DNA from: an uncultured Planctomycetota bacterium
GTDB taxonomy: Bacteria > Planctomycetota > Planctomycetia > Isosphaerales > Isosphaeraceae
Direction: 5' to 3'
Assembly: GCA_963823665.1 (NCBI GenBank)
Contig: CAWGMQ010000011.1
Coordinates: 288,001-352,000 of the forward strand
DNA: 64,000 nt
Positions within the stretch are counted from its first letter, which is position 1; each line of letters opens with the position of its first letter. Made by a program: the position numbers and the translations under genes. The notes under the pieces were generated by a model. The model searched no databases. It was not told the origin of the DNA and saw only the letters and a program-made list of their open reading frames with translations. This document shows positions 40,201 through 55,200 of the stretch, piece by piece.

Positions 40201-43200
40201 CGCTGGCGCTCGTGCCCGGAAGCGGCACGACCGAGAGCGACTCAATTGCGACCGGACTTTCCACGAATCTCTATCAAATTAGCGGTACGGCCGGCGAAGC
40301 TCTTTACTTCCAGGCGCAGACGGAGTCGGGTGCCCCGGACGACCTCGAGTGGGAGTTGTGGGCGCCAGGCGGGGAATCGATCGGCGGCAGCTCGGGTCCG
40401 TGGGGCGGCTTCTCGGCAACGCTGCCGGGCGACGGCACCTACATCCTGGCCGTGAGCGGAACGAATCCGCTCAACACAACGGGTGTGAGCTACAGCTTCG
40501 AGGTCTTCGACGACGTCGACACATCCTCATCGCTCTCACTCGGCACAACGACGGCCGGTACGATTTTGATCCCGGGAGACACGGTCACCTACACGTTCGC
40601 CGGCACGGCCGGCCAGAGCCTGTTTCTGGACGTCTTGAGCACCGATCCAGTAATGGGCGCACAGATCGAAGATCCCGATGGATACACGATCTTCTCGTTA
40701 CCCTCCGTCCCGGTTCCAGTCGTTCTTGCGACCACGGGCACGTATTCGCTGACGCTTTTCGGTGACAACGGGGCGACCGGAAATTATTCGTTCGTGCTTG
40801 CGGATGCCTCCACCGGAACGACGCTCTCACCGGGTGAGACCGCAACGACCGTGAGCGGGACGATCACGCCCGGCACGGGTTTCGCGATCTATCAGTTCAT
40901 GGGGACCACCGGCGAAACGGTGAACCTGACGAGCGACAGTTTCTCGTCGACCGCGGGAAACTGGTTCGTCGTCGATCCTTACGACACGCAGTTGGCCACC
41001 GCCTCGTTCGGCACCAGCTTCACGGCCAGTTTATCCATCTCGGGCCTGTACACGCTGGTGCTCGCCGGCAGCGATTCGACCGATCAAAACGTGACCTACT
41101 CGTTCGACATTTCCGAGACGATGCCCACGCAGGTCATCGAGAGCGGGCTTCCCATGACGGAGTCGGGATCGCTCGATGCGGGCGACTCGATCAGCTTCAC
41201 ATTCACGGCGCCCGCGGGTCTGCCTCTGGAATTCAACAGCCTCGATCGTTCGTACGGGCCGATCACGGCCGAGCTCGTTGACCCGAACGACAACACGATC
41301 TTTTCTTCGGATTATGCGTCATACAATGAGGGCCCGTTCATCCTCTCGGTGCCCGGCACCTACACACTTACGCTCGAGAGCACCGACACCTCCGGCTCCG
41401 ACCCTTACAGCTTCGTGCTCGAATCGCTCGCAGATGCCGCGACCAGTCTCACGATCGGCTCGGTCGCCAGCGGAACGCTTGACCCGGGCACGACCACCGC
41501 GATCTTTAGCTTCACCGGCACGGCCGGGGAAAACCTGTTCCTCGACAACCAGGTGAACCCGGGCAACCCGGTTTATCTGTCGCTCTACGACCCGGGGCTC
41601 GAGGAAATCGACTATCTCTATTCGTATGACGACAGCCGCCCACTCACCTTGACGACGAGCGGCACCTATTACGTGCTCGTCGACGGCGAGTCGACGGACG
41701 GCCCCATCGACTACCAGTTCAGCCTCGTCGATCCCACAGCCAACCCGATCGCGATCGGCGCCGTCGCAAACGGCACGCTGAGCCCGGCGGCCGACGCCGA
41801 TGCCTACACGTTCACGGGCACCGCGGGAACGCGGCTCACGTTCGACTTCCTGAGTGAAAGCAACGGCTCTGATGGAGCGAGCCTCACCCTCTATGGACCC
41901 AATAACGACGGCATCGCGTACTCGTATTACTACGACCAGGGCCTGACGGCCACGCTGCCCGTTACAGGCAACTACACGCTGGTGGTCACCAATGAGTATT
42001 ACGATGGCCCCTCGACCTACAGCCTCACGTCGTACGTGAACGTCGTCACGCCGAACACACTCACTCTGGGCACTCCGGAGAGCGGGACACTCGCCAATCC
42101 GGGCGACCTGGCCACGTACACCTTCACCGGCTCGGTCGGTCAGACCCTCTTGCTCGAAGGCCTCACCTCGAGCTACGGAACCCTGGCCCAGCTCACGGCG
42201 CCCGACGGCAATTCGATCGTAAACCAGAACATCGGTAACAGTTATTACAACTACGAAAACTCCAGTGTGTTCACCCTGAGCGAGTCCGGCACTTATACGC
42301 TCACCATCTCCAACGAGTACGACGAGTCGGGCACCTACGACTTCGTCATCGAGGACACCTCGACAGCCACGCCCATCACGCTCACGTCGGGCGCAGGCAC
42401 GCCGGTGAGCGACTCGCTTGCAATGGGCGTCTCCGCCAACATCTATCAGTTGAGCGGAACGGCCGGCGAGCGCCTCTACTTTCAAGCGCAGACGCAGTCG
42501 GCCGGCTATACCGATCTCGACTGGGCGCTTTATGGACCCAACAACCAGTTCGTGGGCAGCGGCTACTACTGGTATAACTTCCCGGCGACGCTGGCTTCCA
42601 CCGGTACTTTTCACCTCATCGTTTACGGCACCAATCCCTCGAACACGTCCGGGGTAACCTACAACTTCGAGGTCTACGATAACATCGATCCCTCATCCGC
42701 GCTCCCGCTCAACACGGCCGTCATGGGCACGATCGCGAACCCAGACGACGAGACCACCTACACCTTCACGGGCACTGCGGGGCAAACCCTGTATTTTAAC
42801 GGGCTCGACTCAGCCCAGGACTTGTACGCCGAGCTCATCGGTCCCGGCGGCAATGAAGTTTTCTACCAGTATATCGGCTACAATTATTATACATATGACG
42901 ACTATGGCCCGTTCACCCTCTCGGCGTCAGGCACCTTCACGCTGACCATCTCGAGCGAAGATGGCGACACGGGCAGCTTTAGCTTCATACTGGACGACAC
43001 CGCCGCAGCTTCGTCCATCGCCGTATCTTCGGGCCCCGGGACGGCGGTGAGCGACACGATCGCCACCGGTCTTTCCGCAAACACCTATAAGATCAGCGGG
43101 ACGGCCGGCGAGCGGCTCTACTTCGAGGCCCAGACCGAGTCGGGGGGCTATTATGACCTCTACTGGACGCTGTACGGGCCCGACGACGAGGAGATCACCT

Positions 43201-46200
43201 CCGCTTACTACTGGAGCAATTTCTCGGCCACCTTGCCCGCCTCGGGTACGTACTACCTCGTCGTCGACGGCACGAACGCGTCCAACACGTCCGGAGTCCA
43301 GTTTAACTTCACTGTCCGCGAGAGCCTCGCTCCGACCTCGACTCTCACGCTCGACACGGTGGTCTCCGACACCATCTCGAACCCGGGCGACCAGGCAACG
43401 TACACGTTCGCGGGCACGGCCGGCCAGACCCTCTATTTCAGCGCGCTGGAATCGACCGCGGGGTCCGAGGCGGAGCTGGTTGGGCCGGGCGGAAATCAAA
43501 TCTTCAACACCAGCTATTCCAATCAAGGTCCCTTCACGCTCTCTGTCTCGGGCACGTACACGCTCTACCTGTCCAACGAGAACGGCGCGACCGGCCCTTA
43601 CAGCTTCGTGCTGGACGACGCAGCCGAGGCGACTTCCATCTCCATGACCGCGGGCTCCGGCACCTCGGAGTCGAGCGCGATCACCACCGGCCTTTCCACC
43701 AACCTCTTCCAGTTTGGCGGAACAGCCGGCGAGCAGGTGTACTTGGACGCCCAGACCAGCTCGGCCGGCTATTATGATCTCTACTGGACGCTGTACGGCC
43801 CGAATGATCAGGACGTGACCGGTAATTACTTCGGAGGCAACATACAGGCAACCCTGCCGTCGGGCGGCACTTATCTGCTCGTTGTGAATGGCACGAACGC
43901 ATCCAACACCTCCGGAGTGACCTTCAGCTTCACTTCCTACGAGAACGTCAATCCGAAATCGGCGCTCGCGTTGAACACGCAGGTCACCGGCACGATCGCA
44001 AACCCGGGCGATGAGGCCACCTACACCTTCACCGGCTCGAGCGGCCAACTGATCGAGTTCAACGGGCTGGAGCCGGGCGCATATATTTACGCGACGCTCG
44101 TCGACCCGGAAGGATCGCAGGTCTTCAGCCAGTGGATGTTCGGCAATGCGGGTCCCGAGTTTCTCAGCGTTGCAGGCATCTACACTCTGACGGTCGGGGG
44201 CAGCTCGACCACACCCACGGGCGCTTATACCTTTGACCTTGTCGACTTTGGCTCGGAGCCGAAAATCCAGGTCAACACGTCCGAGGCTGACCTCACAGTC
44301 ACCCTCTCGCAGGCGTCATCGCAGCAGATCCTGGTGCCGTATAGCACCGAGGATGATACGGCCACGGTGGCTGACGGCGACTACAAACCGGCCTCCGGGG
44401 TCATCCTCTTCGCACCCGGCCAGACGACGGCCACGGTCGTCGTCCAGGCAATCGACCGACTCGCGCCCACGACCACCGACTTCTTCGTCAACCTGGAGAA
44501 CCCCGTTGGCGCCACCATCGCGCCGGGTCAGGGCACCGCGACGGTCACGATCGAGTCGAACGTCAGCGGAACGGTCAGCGGCGAGGTTTTTGACGACGTC
44601 TCCGGGTCCGGGACTCTTGTCAGCGGCGATCCGGGGATCTCCGGCGTCACGGTCGAGCTGCTGGGCCCGAATAGCGTCGTCGTCGCCTCTGCGACGAGCG
44701 ACTCGCAAGGCAACTACACGATCTCGGACATCCCGGCTGGATCGTATTCGGTCGTGGAAGTCACGCCATCGGGCTACGTGCTGACCGCGCCGGCCTCAGG
44801 CGCGTACTCCGAAAACAACACGAGCGGTCAGTCGATCTCCGGGTTGAATTTCGGCAACTTCCAGACGGTCACTCTCTCAGGCGAAGTGTTCACTGACAAC
44901 AATGGCAATGGCGTTCCCGGCGGCGGCGAGCCCGGCCTCTCCGGCTGGACCGTCGATCTGGTGAACAGCGCGAATCAGGTGATCGCGACCACGAGTGCGG
45001 CCAACGGCTCCTACGCGTTCGATAACGTCGGGCCCGGGACTTATACCGTCAACGTGATCGTGCAGAACGGCTTTATAACCACAACGCCCACCTCCTATTC
45101 CGTGACCGCCCAGAGCGGCACCAATGTCTCGACCTTGAACTTCGGCGAATTCGCACCGGTGACCTTCAGCGGCGAGGTCTACAACGACGTCAATGGCCTT
45201 GCGCTGACGTTGACGACGCACCAATACTACGAGGCGAGCGCAGGCTGGTTTGACACACCGGTATCCACCGGGAGCTTCATCGCGAGCTTCACCTACACCG
45301 ATGTCACCGGCGGCGGCAGTGCCGACGGTGTGGCCTTCGTGCTTCAGAACGACACGAGCGGCACAAGCGCGCTGGGTTCAAGCGGCAGCGGGCTGGGATA
45401 CGGCGGCATCAGCCCGAGCGCCGCCTACGAGATCAATATCTACGGGGGCCACACCCAGGGCGCGAATTTTGCCACGGACGGATCGACAGGAAACTATACC
45501 TCAACCGGCTCGGTCAGCGTGCAAAGTGGCGATCCCATCGATGTGACACTCACCTACAGCGCCGCCGCGGCGACCTTGACCGCCGTGTTGACGGACGCGA
45601 CTACGGGTGCCACGTACACGCAGACTTACACCGGCATCAACCTCGCAACCCAGCTTGGTGGAGCGACCGCCTTTGTCGGGTTCACGGGCGCCGACGGCGG
45701 CGTCTCGTCGATCCAGACAATCAGCAACTTCAACTTCTTACCCGCGAGCGGTCCCACCGTGACGGGCTTCGGCGTCAAGGGTTCGGGCTGGTCCATGCTC
45801 GGCCACGCGTCCATTGGAACATCATCCGCCGGCAGCATGCTCAACAGCGGCGACCCGGGCCTTCCGGACTGGACCGTCAACCTGATCAACAGCGCGAACC
45901 AGGTCATCGCCACGACGACCGACTCCGGTGGCGGCTATGGATTCGGCAACATTGGGCCAGGCACCTACACGGTCCAGGTCGTCCAGCAATCCGGCTATGT
46001 GGCCAGCTCTCCCACATCACTTTCGGTGACCGCACAGAGCGGCATCAATCAATCCGACTTGAACTTCGGGGAATTCGTCCCGGTCACTCTGAGCGGCGAG
46101 GTGTTCGGCGATTCCGACGGTAGTGGCGTGCTGAATGGCACAGACAGTGGTCTTTCGGGCTGGACGGTCAACCTGCTCAATAGCACGAATCAGGAAGTCG

Positions 46201-49200
46201 CCACCACGACGACCGCCGCGGATGGAAGCTTCTCGTTCACCGGCGTCGGGCCCGATCTGTACACGATTCAGGTCGTGCAGCAGACCGGTTATGTCCAGAG
46301 CACCAGCGTCGTGCAGGCCGCGACGACGAGCGGCCAGAGCGTCGCGAACTTGAACGTCGGCGAATTCCAGACCGTCACCATCGGCGGCCAGGTCTTCACC
46401 GATCAGACCGGCGACGGCGTCTTTGGCGGCACCGACTCGGGCCTTGCTGGCTGGACCGTCGATCTCGTGAACAGCTCGAACCAGATTGTCTCGGCCACAA
46501 CCGCGTCCGACGGCTCATTCTCGTTCACGGGTGTCGGGCCAGGCTCGTACACGGTCGAAGAGGTGCTCGAGAGCGGCTATGTCCAGACGAGCTCACCAGC
46601 CTCATACACCGTGGTGCCGACCAGCGGTCAAGCCGTCTCGGGGCTCTCCTTCGGTGTTTTCCAGCTTGCAACCGTTAGCGGCGAGCTCTTCGACGACGCC
46701 AACCAGGACGGCAGGCTCGACGACGGCGAGTCCGGGCTATCGGGTTGGACCATCAACCTGCTGAACACCTCGGGCGCGGTCGTCGCGTCCACCACCACGG
46801 ATGCAAACGGCAATTACGTGCTGAGCGTCGGGCCCGGCTCATATACAATTCAGGAAGCTCTCCAGGCCGGTTTTATCCAGACCGCCCCGTCCACGGGCTC
46901 GATCAGCATCACCTCTTCGAGCGGCGCCCAGTATTCGAATGAGAATCTAGGCGTCTACAAGGCGGTCTCGCTGGCCGTCTCTGGTTTACAGACCGTTCCT
47001 TCAAGCGGTCTCCAGTCAAGCGAGAGTCTGGTCGTCGAGTGGACCGACACGAACACCGGCACGAGGCCGGCGTCGGGATCGTTCTACGACCAGATCGTGA
47101 TCACGAACACGACCACCTCCAAGGTGCTCGCCACGAGCCTGGTCTATTACAACGCTGCGACCGCGGGCAATTTGGGAGCTGGCGCATCGGTGCTTCAGCA
47201 ATATAGCTTCGCCCTGCCCTTTGGCAGCGCCGGCGTCGGCCAGATTCAGTTCACGGTTACCGCCGATGAGAACAGCAACGTCTCGACGCCATTCGGGGAA
47301 CCAAATCGGACCGCGACCATCACGGAAGCCTCAACGCTCGCCCTTTATCCCGATCTCACAGCCAGCGCAGTGACTCCTTCCGAGAGCTCCGGGCAGTTCG
47401 GAGACACGCTCACGGTGGGCTGGACGGTCACCAATGCAGGCCAGGCGTCCGCGACGGGTCCGTGGGTGGACAACGTCTACCTTTCGCCGACACCCACACT
47501 CGGCTCAAGCGCGATCTACCTGAGCTCGACCACAGAGGAGAACCCGGGCGTGCTCGCACCGAACGCGAGCTACATGGCGCAGAGCACCGTTTTGCTTCCC
47601 GTGAACACATCACTTGCGGCGGGTACCGAGTATCTGGTGGTGCTCGTTGATGCGGGTCACGTGATCAACGAGTCCGACTCGACGAAGCAGGAGAGCAGTG
47701 CACCGATCGTGCTCACCTCGCCGCCGCCGCCGGATCTCTCGGTCGCGTCCGTCACATCGTCACTTACCGCGGGGCAGCCGGGCCAATCCGAGACGGTGAG
47801 CTGGCTCGTCGCGAACATCGGCGCCGGCGCGGCCTACGGCTCGTGGACCGACAGCGCTTACCTTTCGCCCGACGGCAAGCTCTCCGACGCGACGCTGCTC
47901 GGTTCCGTCACCCACACCGGTGGCCTGACGGCGAGCTCATCCTACTCAGACACCATCACCGCCACGCTGCCATCGAGCCTGGCCGACGGCAGTTATCAGG
48001 TGATCGCCGTGGCCGACAGCCAGGACGCGGTTACCAACGATGCCAACCGGGCCGACACAGAAGGCACGGCCCCGCAGCCCCTCACCTTCGGGCACGTCGA
48101 TCTTGTCCCCTCGATCACGACAGCGACAGCGAGCGCAACGTCCGGCACTCTCCTCTCGGTCGCCTGGACCACGACAAACAACGGCACCGCTCCCACGCTG
48201 TCTGCCTGGACCGACAGCGCCTATCTCTCGACCACCAGCCAGGTCACTTCCAGCTCTCTGTTGCTGGGCGTCGTGCAGCAATCCGGCCCACTGGGTCCCG
48301 GCCAGCGCGCCACGGGCTCCGCCAGTGCGATCATTCCGCTCGGGGATAGCGGCACCTATCAGATCATCGTCGTCGCCGATGCGACGAACCAGCAGAGCGA
48401 GCCGGGCGGCACGCCCAACTCCGTTTCCCGGGCGGTGAGCATCACGCTCGCCCCCTACGCTGTCCTTTCCGTCAGCAACGTCGTCGCACCGTTGCAAACG
48501 ATCGGTGACCCCGCGTACCCGACCATATCGTGGACGGTCACCAACATCGGCACGGGCGCGGGCCAGACGGGCACCTGGGTCGACGAGATCATCGCGTCGC
48601 CATCCAACAGCGTCACCGACCCGAACGCCGTGGTTCTCGCGCAGTATACCCACACGGGCGGTCTGGCGAAGAACGCGTCGTACACCCAGACGCAGGTCGT
48701 CCAGATGCCGCCGGAATTCACCGGCCGCTATCATCTCTTCGGCGAGACCGATGCGACCGATGTGGTTTTTCAGAATGGGCAGAGGGCCGGCGACGTCGGT
48801 GAGGATCCCAACAACTTCGACGTGATGCCCATTCCCTATGCAGACCTGGTCGTCTCATCAATCACGCCGCCGCCGACCTCCGGCAGCGGATTGACGGTCA
48901 ACGTGAGCTGGACGGTCACCAACCAGGGAATTGGCCTGACGAGCGTGCCGAGCTGGTCAGACGACCTGGCGCTGGCGAGCGATCCCGCCGGCAAGAACAT
49001 CATCGAAGACTACGGATTGTTCAATCACCTCGGCCCGATCGGCCCGGGTGGCAGCTACGTGCGCACGGCGCAGGTAGTACTTCCCAACGGTTTGAGCGGT
49101 ACCTACTACTTCGTCGTCACCGCGGCGGCGAGCAATCCGCCGTTCGAGTTCATCTACGGCAACGGCACGGATAACATCACGGTCTCGAGCGCGTTCCAGA

Positions 49201-52200
49201 TCGTGCTCACGCCGGCGCCTGATCTCACGGTCACGAGCGTGAGCGCTCCGACGACGGCAGAGGAAGGAAGCACCATTCAGGTGGGCTGGACCGTCCAGAA
49301 CATAGGCCCCGGCGATGCCAACAGCCCGTGGGCCGACGAAGTGGTGCTCCAGCTTGTCGGCCAGCCCAGCTCCCAGTTCCTGATTCTGGGCACGTTCGAC
49401 AATTTCAGCCCGCTCGGCGCCGGCCATTCGTACAGCCGCACCCAGGCGGTGACCGTTCCGCTGCACATCACCGGGCTCTACAACGTCGAGGTCATCACCA
49501 ACTACGACGGCTCGCTATTCACGAACGGGGCGACCAACAACACCGGCACCGCTCCGCAGCCGATTTCCGTCACCGTCACGCCTCGACCCGACTTGCAGGT
49601 GTCCGCGATCGACATTCCCGCAACCGTGGATGCCGGCGCCACCTTCTCGGTCACGTACACAATTACCAACCAGGGAGCCGCGCCCACGACCAATAACTGG
49701 GATGATGACGTCTATCTATCGCTCACGACTTATATCACCGATGCGTCGATCTTGATCCAGGACCTGCCCAACCAGACGGCGCTCGGGCCCGGCGATCAAT
49801 ACCAGGCGACCACCGTCCCGGTCGTCGTACCAGAGCGGTTTGCCGGCCAGGTCTACGTCATCGTCGATGCCGATGCCAATCACGTGGTCGACCAGTGGCC
49901 CAACGGCCAGTACAACCTCGTGTACCAGCCCATCTATGTCAACCCGCTGCCGCTGCCCGATCTGGTCATGAGCAACGTCGTCGCGCCGGACCAGGAAATC
50001 GCCGGTTCCACCTTCAACGTCAGCTACACCGTCACGAACCTGGGGGTCGGCCCGACGCCGGTCGATACCTGGACCGATTCGATCTGGCTCACTCGCGACA
50101 AGACTCGGCCCATCCCCGCCCAGGGCGATATCCTGCTCACCCAGGTCACGCACACCGGCGCCCTCGGAGTTCTGGCCGGATACGACCAGACCCTGAGCGT
50201 GACCCTGCCCGATGACCTTGCCCAGGGCACGTATTATATCACCCCCTGGACTGACCTGTACTCACAGGTCCTCCAGGACGAGCTGGCCGTCAACGTGAAT
50301 CCGGACGACCCCAATAACTTCCAGAACGACAACTACAAAGCTCGTGCGATCACGATCCTGGCCCCCTTGCCCGACCTGACCGTTTCGTCAATTACTGCGC
50401 CCAAAACGGCTCAAGGCGGCAACAACGTCAACATTTCGTGGACCGTGTCGAACATCGGCAATGGGCCTGCCCAGCCGACCGGGTGGATCGACACCGTCTA
50501 CCTGACGAACGACCCCACCAATCCACTTGCCCAGACCGCCATCACGATGACGCTGGGCTCGGTCACGCAAAACTCGGTGCTGAACGCGGGTGCGTCCTAC
50601 AACGCCAGCCTGAACGTGACGTTGTCGCCGTCGGCGGTCGGAGACTACTTCGTCGTGTACACCGACGCTCCGCAGCCAGGTGAATCCCCGGGCCAGTTCT
50701 GGGTCAATGAGATCTCCTACACCAACAACCTGCTGGCAGCGGCCACAACGGTAACGCCCGTCCCGGCCGACCTGGTCGTGACCAACGTTTCGATTCCCCA
50801 GGTGAACTACTCGGGCGAGCAGATGACGTTCTCGTACACGGTCGAGAACGAGGGCCAGTACCAGGTGTGGTCCGGCACAAACTACTGGACCGACTTCATC
50901 TGGCTGTGCGCGGAGCCGACTCTCGACCGCCCGCAAGCGTCATTTCTCGGCCAGACGACTCATGTGCAGAACCAGCCGCTGCAGCCCGGCCAGAGCTATA
51001 CGGTCACGTACACGGTCACCCTACCTGCCGGCACGGGCGGCCAGTACTATCTCTACATCGATCTCGACGCGCACAACGACCTGCCCCCCTACCCCTACAT
51101 TTTCGAGGCGCGCCTGCTGACCACCGACTGGTGGCCGGCCGACACGGGCGACAACTCGTACTGGCTCAGCGAGTTCAGTATGTGGGCGTTCGAGAACCCC
51201 TTTAACAACCGCAGTTCCACGCCGTTCAACATCATTTACCGCGAGCCGGACCTCAAGGTGACGAACATCACCGTACCGGCAAACGTCACTTCGGGCGAGA
51301 CGATCCCCATCACCTACACGGTGACCAACCAGGGTACTCGCGCCACCCGAACGGCGAGCTGGACCGACCGCATCTTCTTGTCGCTGGATCCCTCGCTCGA
51401 CATCTATGACACGGTCCTTGGCAGCGACAGTTTTGGCCAGGTGCTCGATCCCGGCGCCTCGTATACAGAAACGGTCGACGTCCGGGTTCCGGATGGCATT
51501 TTTGGAACCTTCTACATCCTCGTCTACGCTGATTCCGACGCCCAGACTGACATGTCGGTGCAGAGCGATATCGGCTATGGCCTCTACGGCGTGAAGATTG
51601 GCGCGCCCGACGAGCTCGACCCGTATGACCTGGCATCCGAGGCCATACGCAGTCTGGGCCGCGGCAATGTCCCCCAGTACGAGAACGAGGCCGACAAGCT
51701 CGCATCGGTCGTGATGCCCGTGACACTGGCGCCGGCGCCTCTCTTGCAGGTCACGACGGTGGGCACCGACGCGGTCGGCGGTCACGTCTATCAGGGCCAG
51801 ACCCTGAATGTCACCTACACCGTGATGAATGCCGGCGCGGGCACACCGCCGACCGAGCCCACCTGGGACGACCTGATCTACTTCTCCGCGGACACGAACC
51901 TCGACTTGAAGGCCGACGACTACCTGGGAGAGTACGTCCACACCGGCGGACTGGCCGCAGGCGCCAGTTACACCGTCACGACCCAGGTGCAAGTGCCGAC
52001 CAACTTGAGCGGGCCGTACTATCTCTTCGTCATCACCAACCCGCCGATCGACAGCTCGATCGGTCAGGTCTTCGAGGGGGGCGGCGCCAACCAGTTCAAC
52101 GACCTGTACCTCGCGCCGCCGCTCGTCATCGACCCGCCGCCCACGACGAATCTCGTGGTCAGCAGCATCACTCTGCCTTCACCCGCGACAGTGACTTCCG

Positions 52201-55200
52201 GTGACCCCTTCACCGTGAGCTGGACGGTCGAGGACACAAACCCCACAAACCCTGCGCCGGGATCCTGGTCCGATGCGGTGTATATCGGCACCGGAACCTC
52301 CTGGAATATCTCCGACGTCTACCTCGGCACAGTCCAGCATCAGGGCACGCTACAGCCTGGCGGCAGTTACACCGCCTCGCTCACCACCAACGTGCCCTCG
52401 CTCACGCCCGGTCCGTACCACATCTTCGTTCGCACCGACATCTTCAATCAGACCCAGTTGCCGCCGGGCGTGCCGAATTCGAGTAAAACCACCGCGTCGG
52501 CGGGCCTGCTGACAGTGACGGTGGACACCCTCACCCTGGGCGTCCCCTACCCGACAACGCTATCCACCGACCAGGAGCGACTCCTGCAGGTGACGGTGCC
52601 CCAGGGGGCGACGCTCGAGGTTCTCCTGACCTCCAGCGGCGCTGGCGCCGCCAACGAGATCTTCATCGGGCAAGGGTCGGCCCCGACCGATTCGGTGTAC
52701 ACCGCTGCCTATTCCGGCGGCCTGGCCCCCAATCAGATGGCCGTGGTCCCCTCCACCGTCCCCGGCATCTACTACGTCTTGATTCGCGGCCACTCCGAGC
52801 CGGCCGACAACACGCCGGTCACGGTGCTCGCGCAGTTGCTGCCGCTCTCGATCAACAACGTCGTGACCGACCAGGGGGGCGACAGCCAGTACGTCACCAC
52901 CACGATCAGCGGAGCCCAGTTCCAGTCCAATGCCATCGTCAAGCTTGTCATGCCCGGCTTCGCCGAGTACCAGCCGCTCGTGACCGATTTTGTCAACAGC
53001 ACCGAGATCATCGCCGAGTTCAATCTGACCGGCGCTCCCCACGGCCTCTACGACGTTCAGGTCACCAATCCCGACGGCCAGATGGCCATTGCCGCCTATC
53101 GTTTCGAGGTCGAACAGACGGTCGCGCCCAATGTGACAGTCGCTCTGGGCGGACCGCGCTTCATCCTGGCCGGCGATACCGGCACCTACGACGTGGCACT
53201 CGATAACCTGGGAAACGTCAATGCGCCTTACGTTGAATTCAACATCGGCGTGCCCGAGCTGAGCAATGACATTCCCCCAACTGATCCGAGCGAGCCGCTC
53301 GAGCTCGATCCGATCAACGTCAACCTCTATAACTTGCCATACCTCCAGTTCACCACCAACCTGTCCGGCGCGCCGCCGGACTCGAGCTTGAGCGCAAACG
53401 TCCCCTACGCCACGCTTCAAGCGCAGGCCGACACGGCCGCGGCCAACGGCCACGTCCAGGCGCCCGGGTATCTATTCAACGAAGCCGCGGGAGGCTCGAC
53501 CTCCTTCACCTTCGACGTGACGACCTACCCCGGCCTGGCCGCCTTGAACGATCGCAACTTCGATGCGCTCAAGGCTGAGATTTATGCGTCGAATCCGGCG
53601 TATGCCGCGGAGGGAATTCTCAATAATGGCCCGCAGGGGCTCGACCTGATCTCGCCGGGGCTTTACGAGCTGTACGAGTTGTTCGGCGCGATTCCAAATA
53701 TCTTCACCATTCCATTCGTACCATTCCAGTTCGACATCAACGCGTCGGCGACCACCTTGACCCGCGCCGAGTTCGTGGCCCAGGCGACCGCGCAGGCCGA
53801 CCAGTTGCGAACCGCGATCCTTGCCGACAACACTGCGCCGGTGGCGCTCGAGAACCTCGCGGCCGACCAGACCAACTGGGAAAACCTCTACCTGGCTGGG
53901 CTGGAGCAAGCCGGCGTGTTGCTGCCGGACGGCACCACGCCGCCGATCAGCCAGAACCCCTTGATCATGAGCGAGATGGCGACCCTCGCCACCGGCGTGC
54001 TCGCCGGCCCGGCGGGCAGCGGCATCATCTCGAGCGGCAACGTCGCGCAGTTCTTCAGCGACCTGCTCAACTGGTATGGCAATGACCCCGATGCCACGTC
54101 GCCCGTGGCGTATTACAACGATCACGGCAATCCCGTCGCAACCCTGCCAACCTTGAGCCAGTTCGATCTGAACGCGCTCGAGCCGACCAACTTCGAAGAT
54201 TTCAACGTCTACGTGCCCTGGCTCTCCTGGGACCTCCGCGCCGATCTGCCCCCCTCCTTCCAGATCAACAGCGTGCAAGAGGTCAACGGCGTACCGGTCA
54301 TTCCGCTCGACCTCGATCAATATATCGATAACGGTGGACAGGATGCCGGCCTCGCCTCGATGACCGGCCCGTTCACGGCCGAGGACGGTGGATTCGTTCC
54401 GGGGGGACAACCGCTCCCCTTCACCGTCAACTTCCAGAACGACGCCCAGTCCTCGACCATGCCGGGCCAGATCAGGATCACCACCCAGCTCGACCCCAGC
54501 CTCGACCCGAGCAGTTTCCGGCTGGGAGACATCCAGATCGGCGACATCGACATCAGCATCCCCTCCAACCTGGCCTACTTCCAGGGCGACTTCGATTTCA
54601 CCCAGACCAAGGGCTTCATCCTGAGTGTGAGCGCGGGCATCGACACGCAGACCGGCATCGCGACCTGGCTGCTGGAGGCCATCGATCCCCTGACGGGCGA
54701 GGTGATCACCAACCCAGACCTGGGATTGCTGCCGGCCAACGACGCCGAGGGTGACGGCGCCGGCTACGTCAGCTACACCGTGCAACCTTACGCCAATGCG
54801 ACGAGCGGTGCCACGATCACCGCCACTGCGACGGTCCTGTTCAACAACGCGGCACCGCAGAATACCGCCCCGCTGGCTTATACCCTCGACAACATCGCTC
54901 CGACGACGCAGACGACCGTTACTCAGCTCGGCGCGAACCCCAACTACCAGATCCAGTGGCAGAGCACCGACAACACCGGGGGCTCGGGCGTCGCCTATGT
55001 CACGATCTATGTCGCGGAAGACGGCGGCTCCTATCAGGTTTGGCAGAACCAGGTCACCCAATCCTCCGGCACCATGGACTATCAGGGCGCAGCCGGGCAT
55101 ACCTACACGTTCCTCGTGCTGGGCACCGACGTGGCTGGAAATCAGGAACAGCCCCCGGCGGGAAGCAACGTCGTGCTCGCCCCGAGCACCGTCAATCTCG

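Noticed and set aside
37420..44255. Diversity-generating retroelement behind the Tyr/Asn-rich loops
   Set aside because: No reverse transcriptase or template repeat seen; loops differ in length, not only at adenines.
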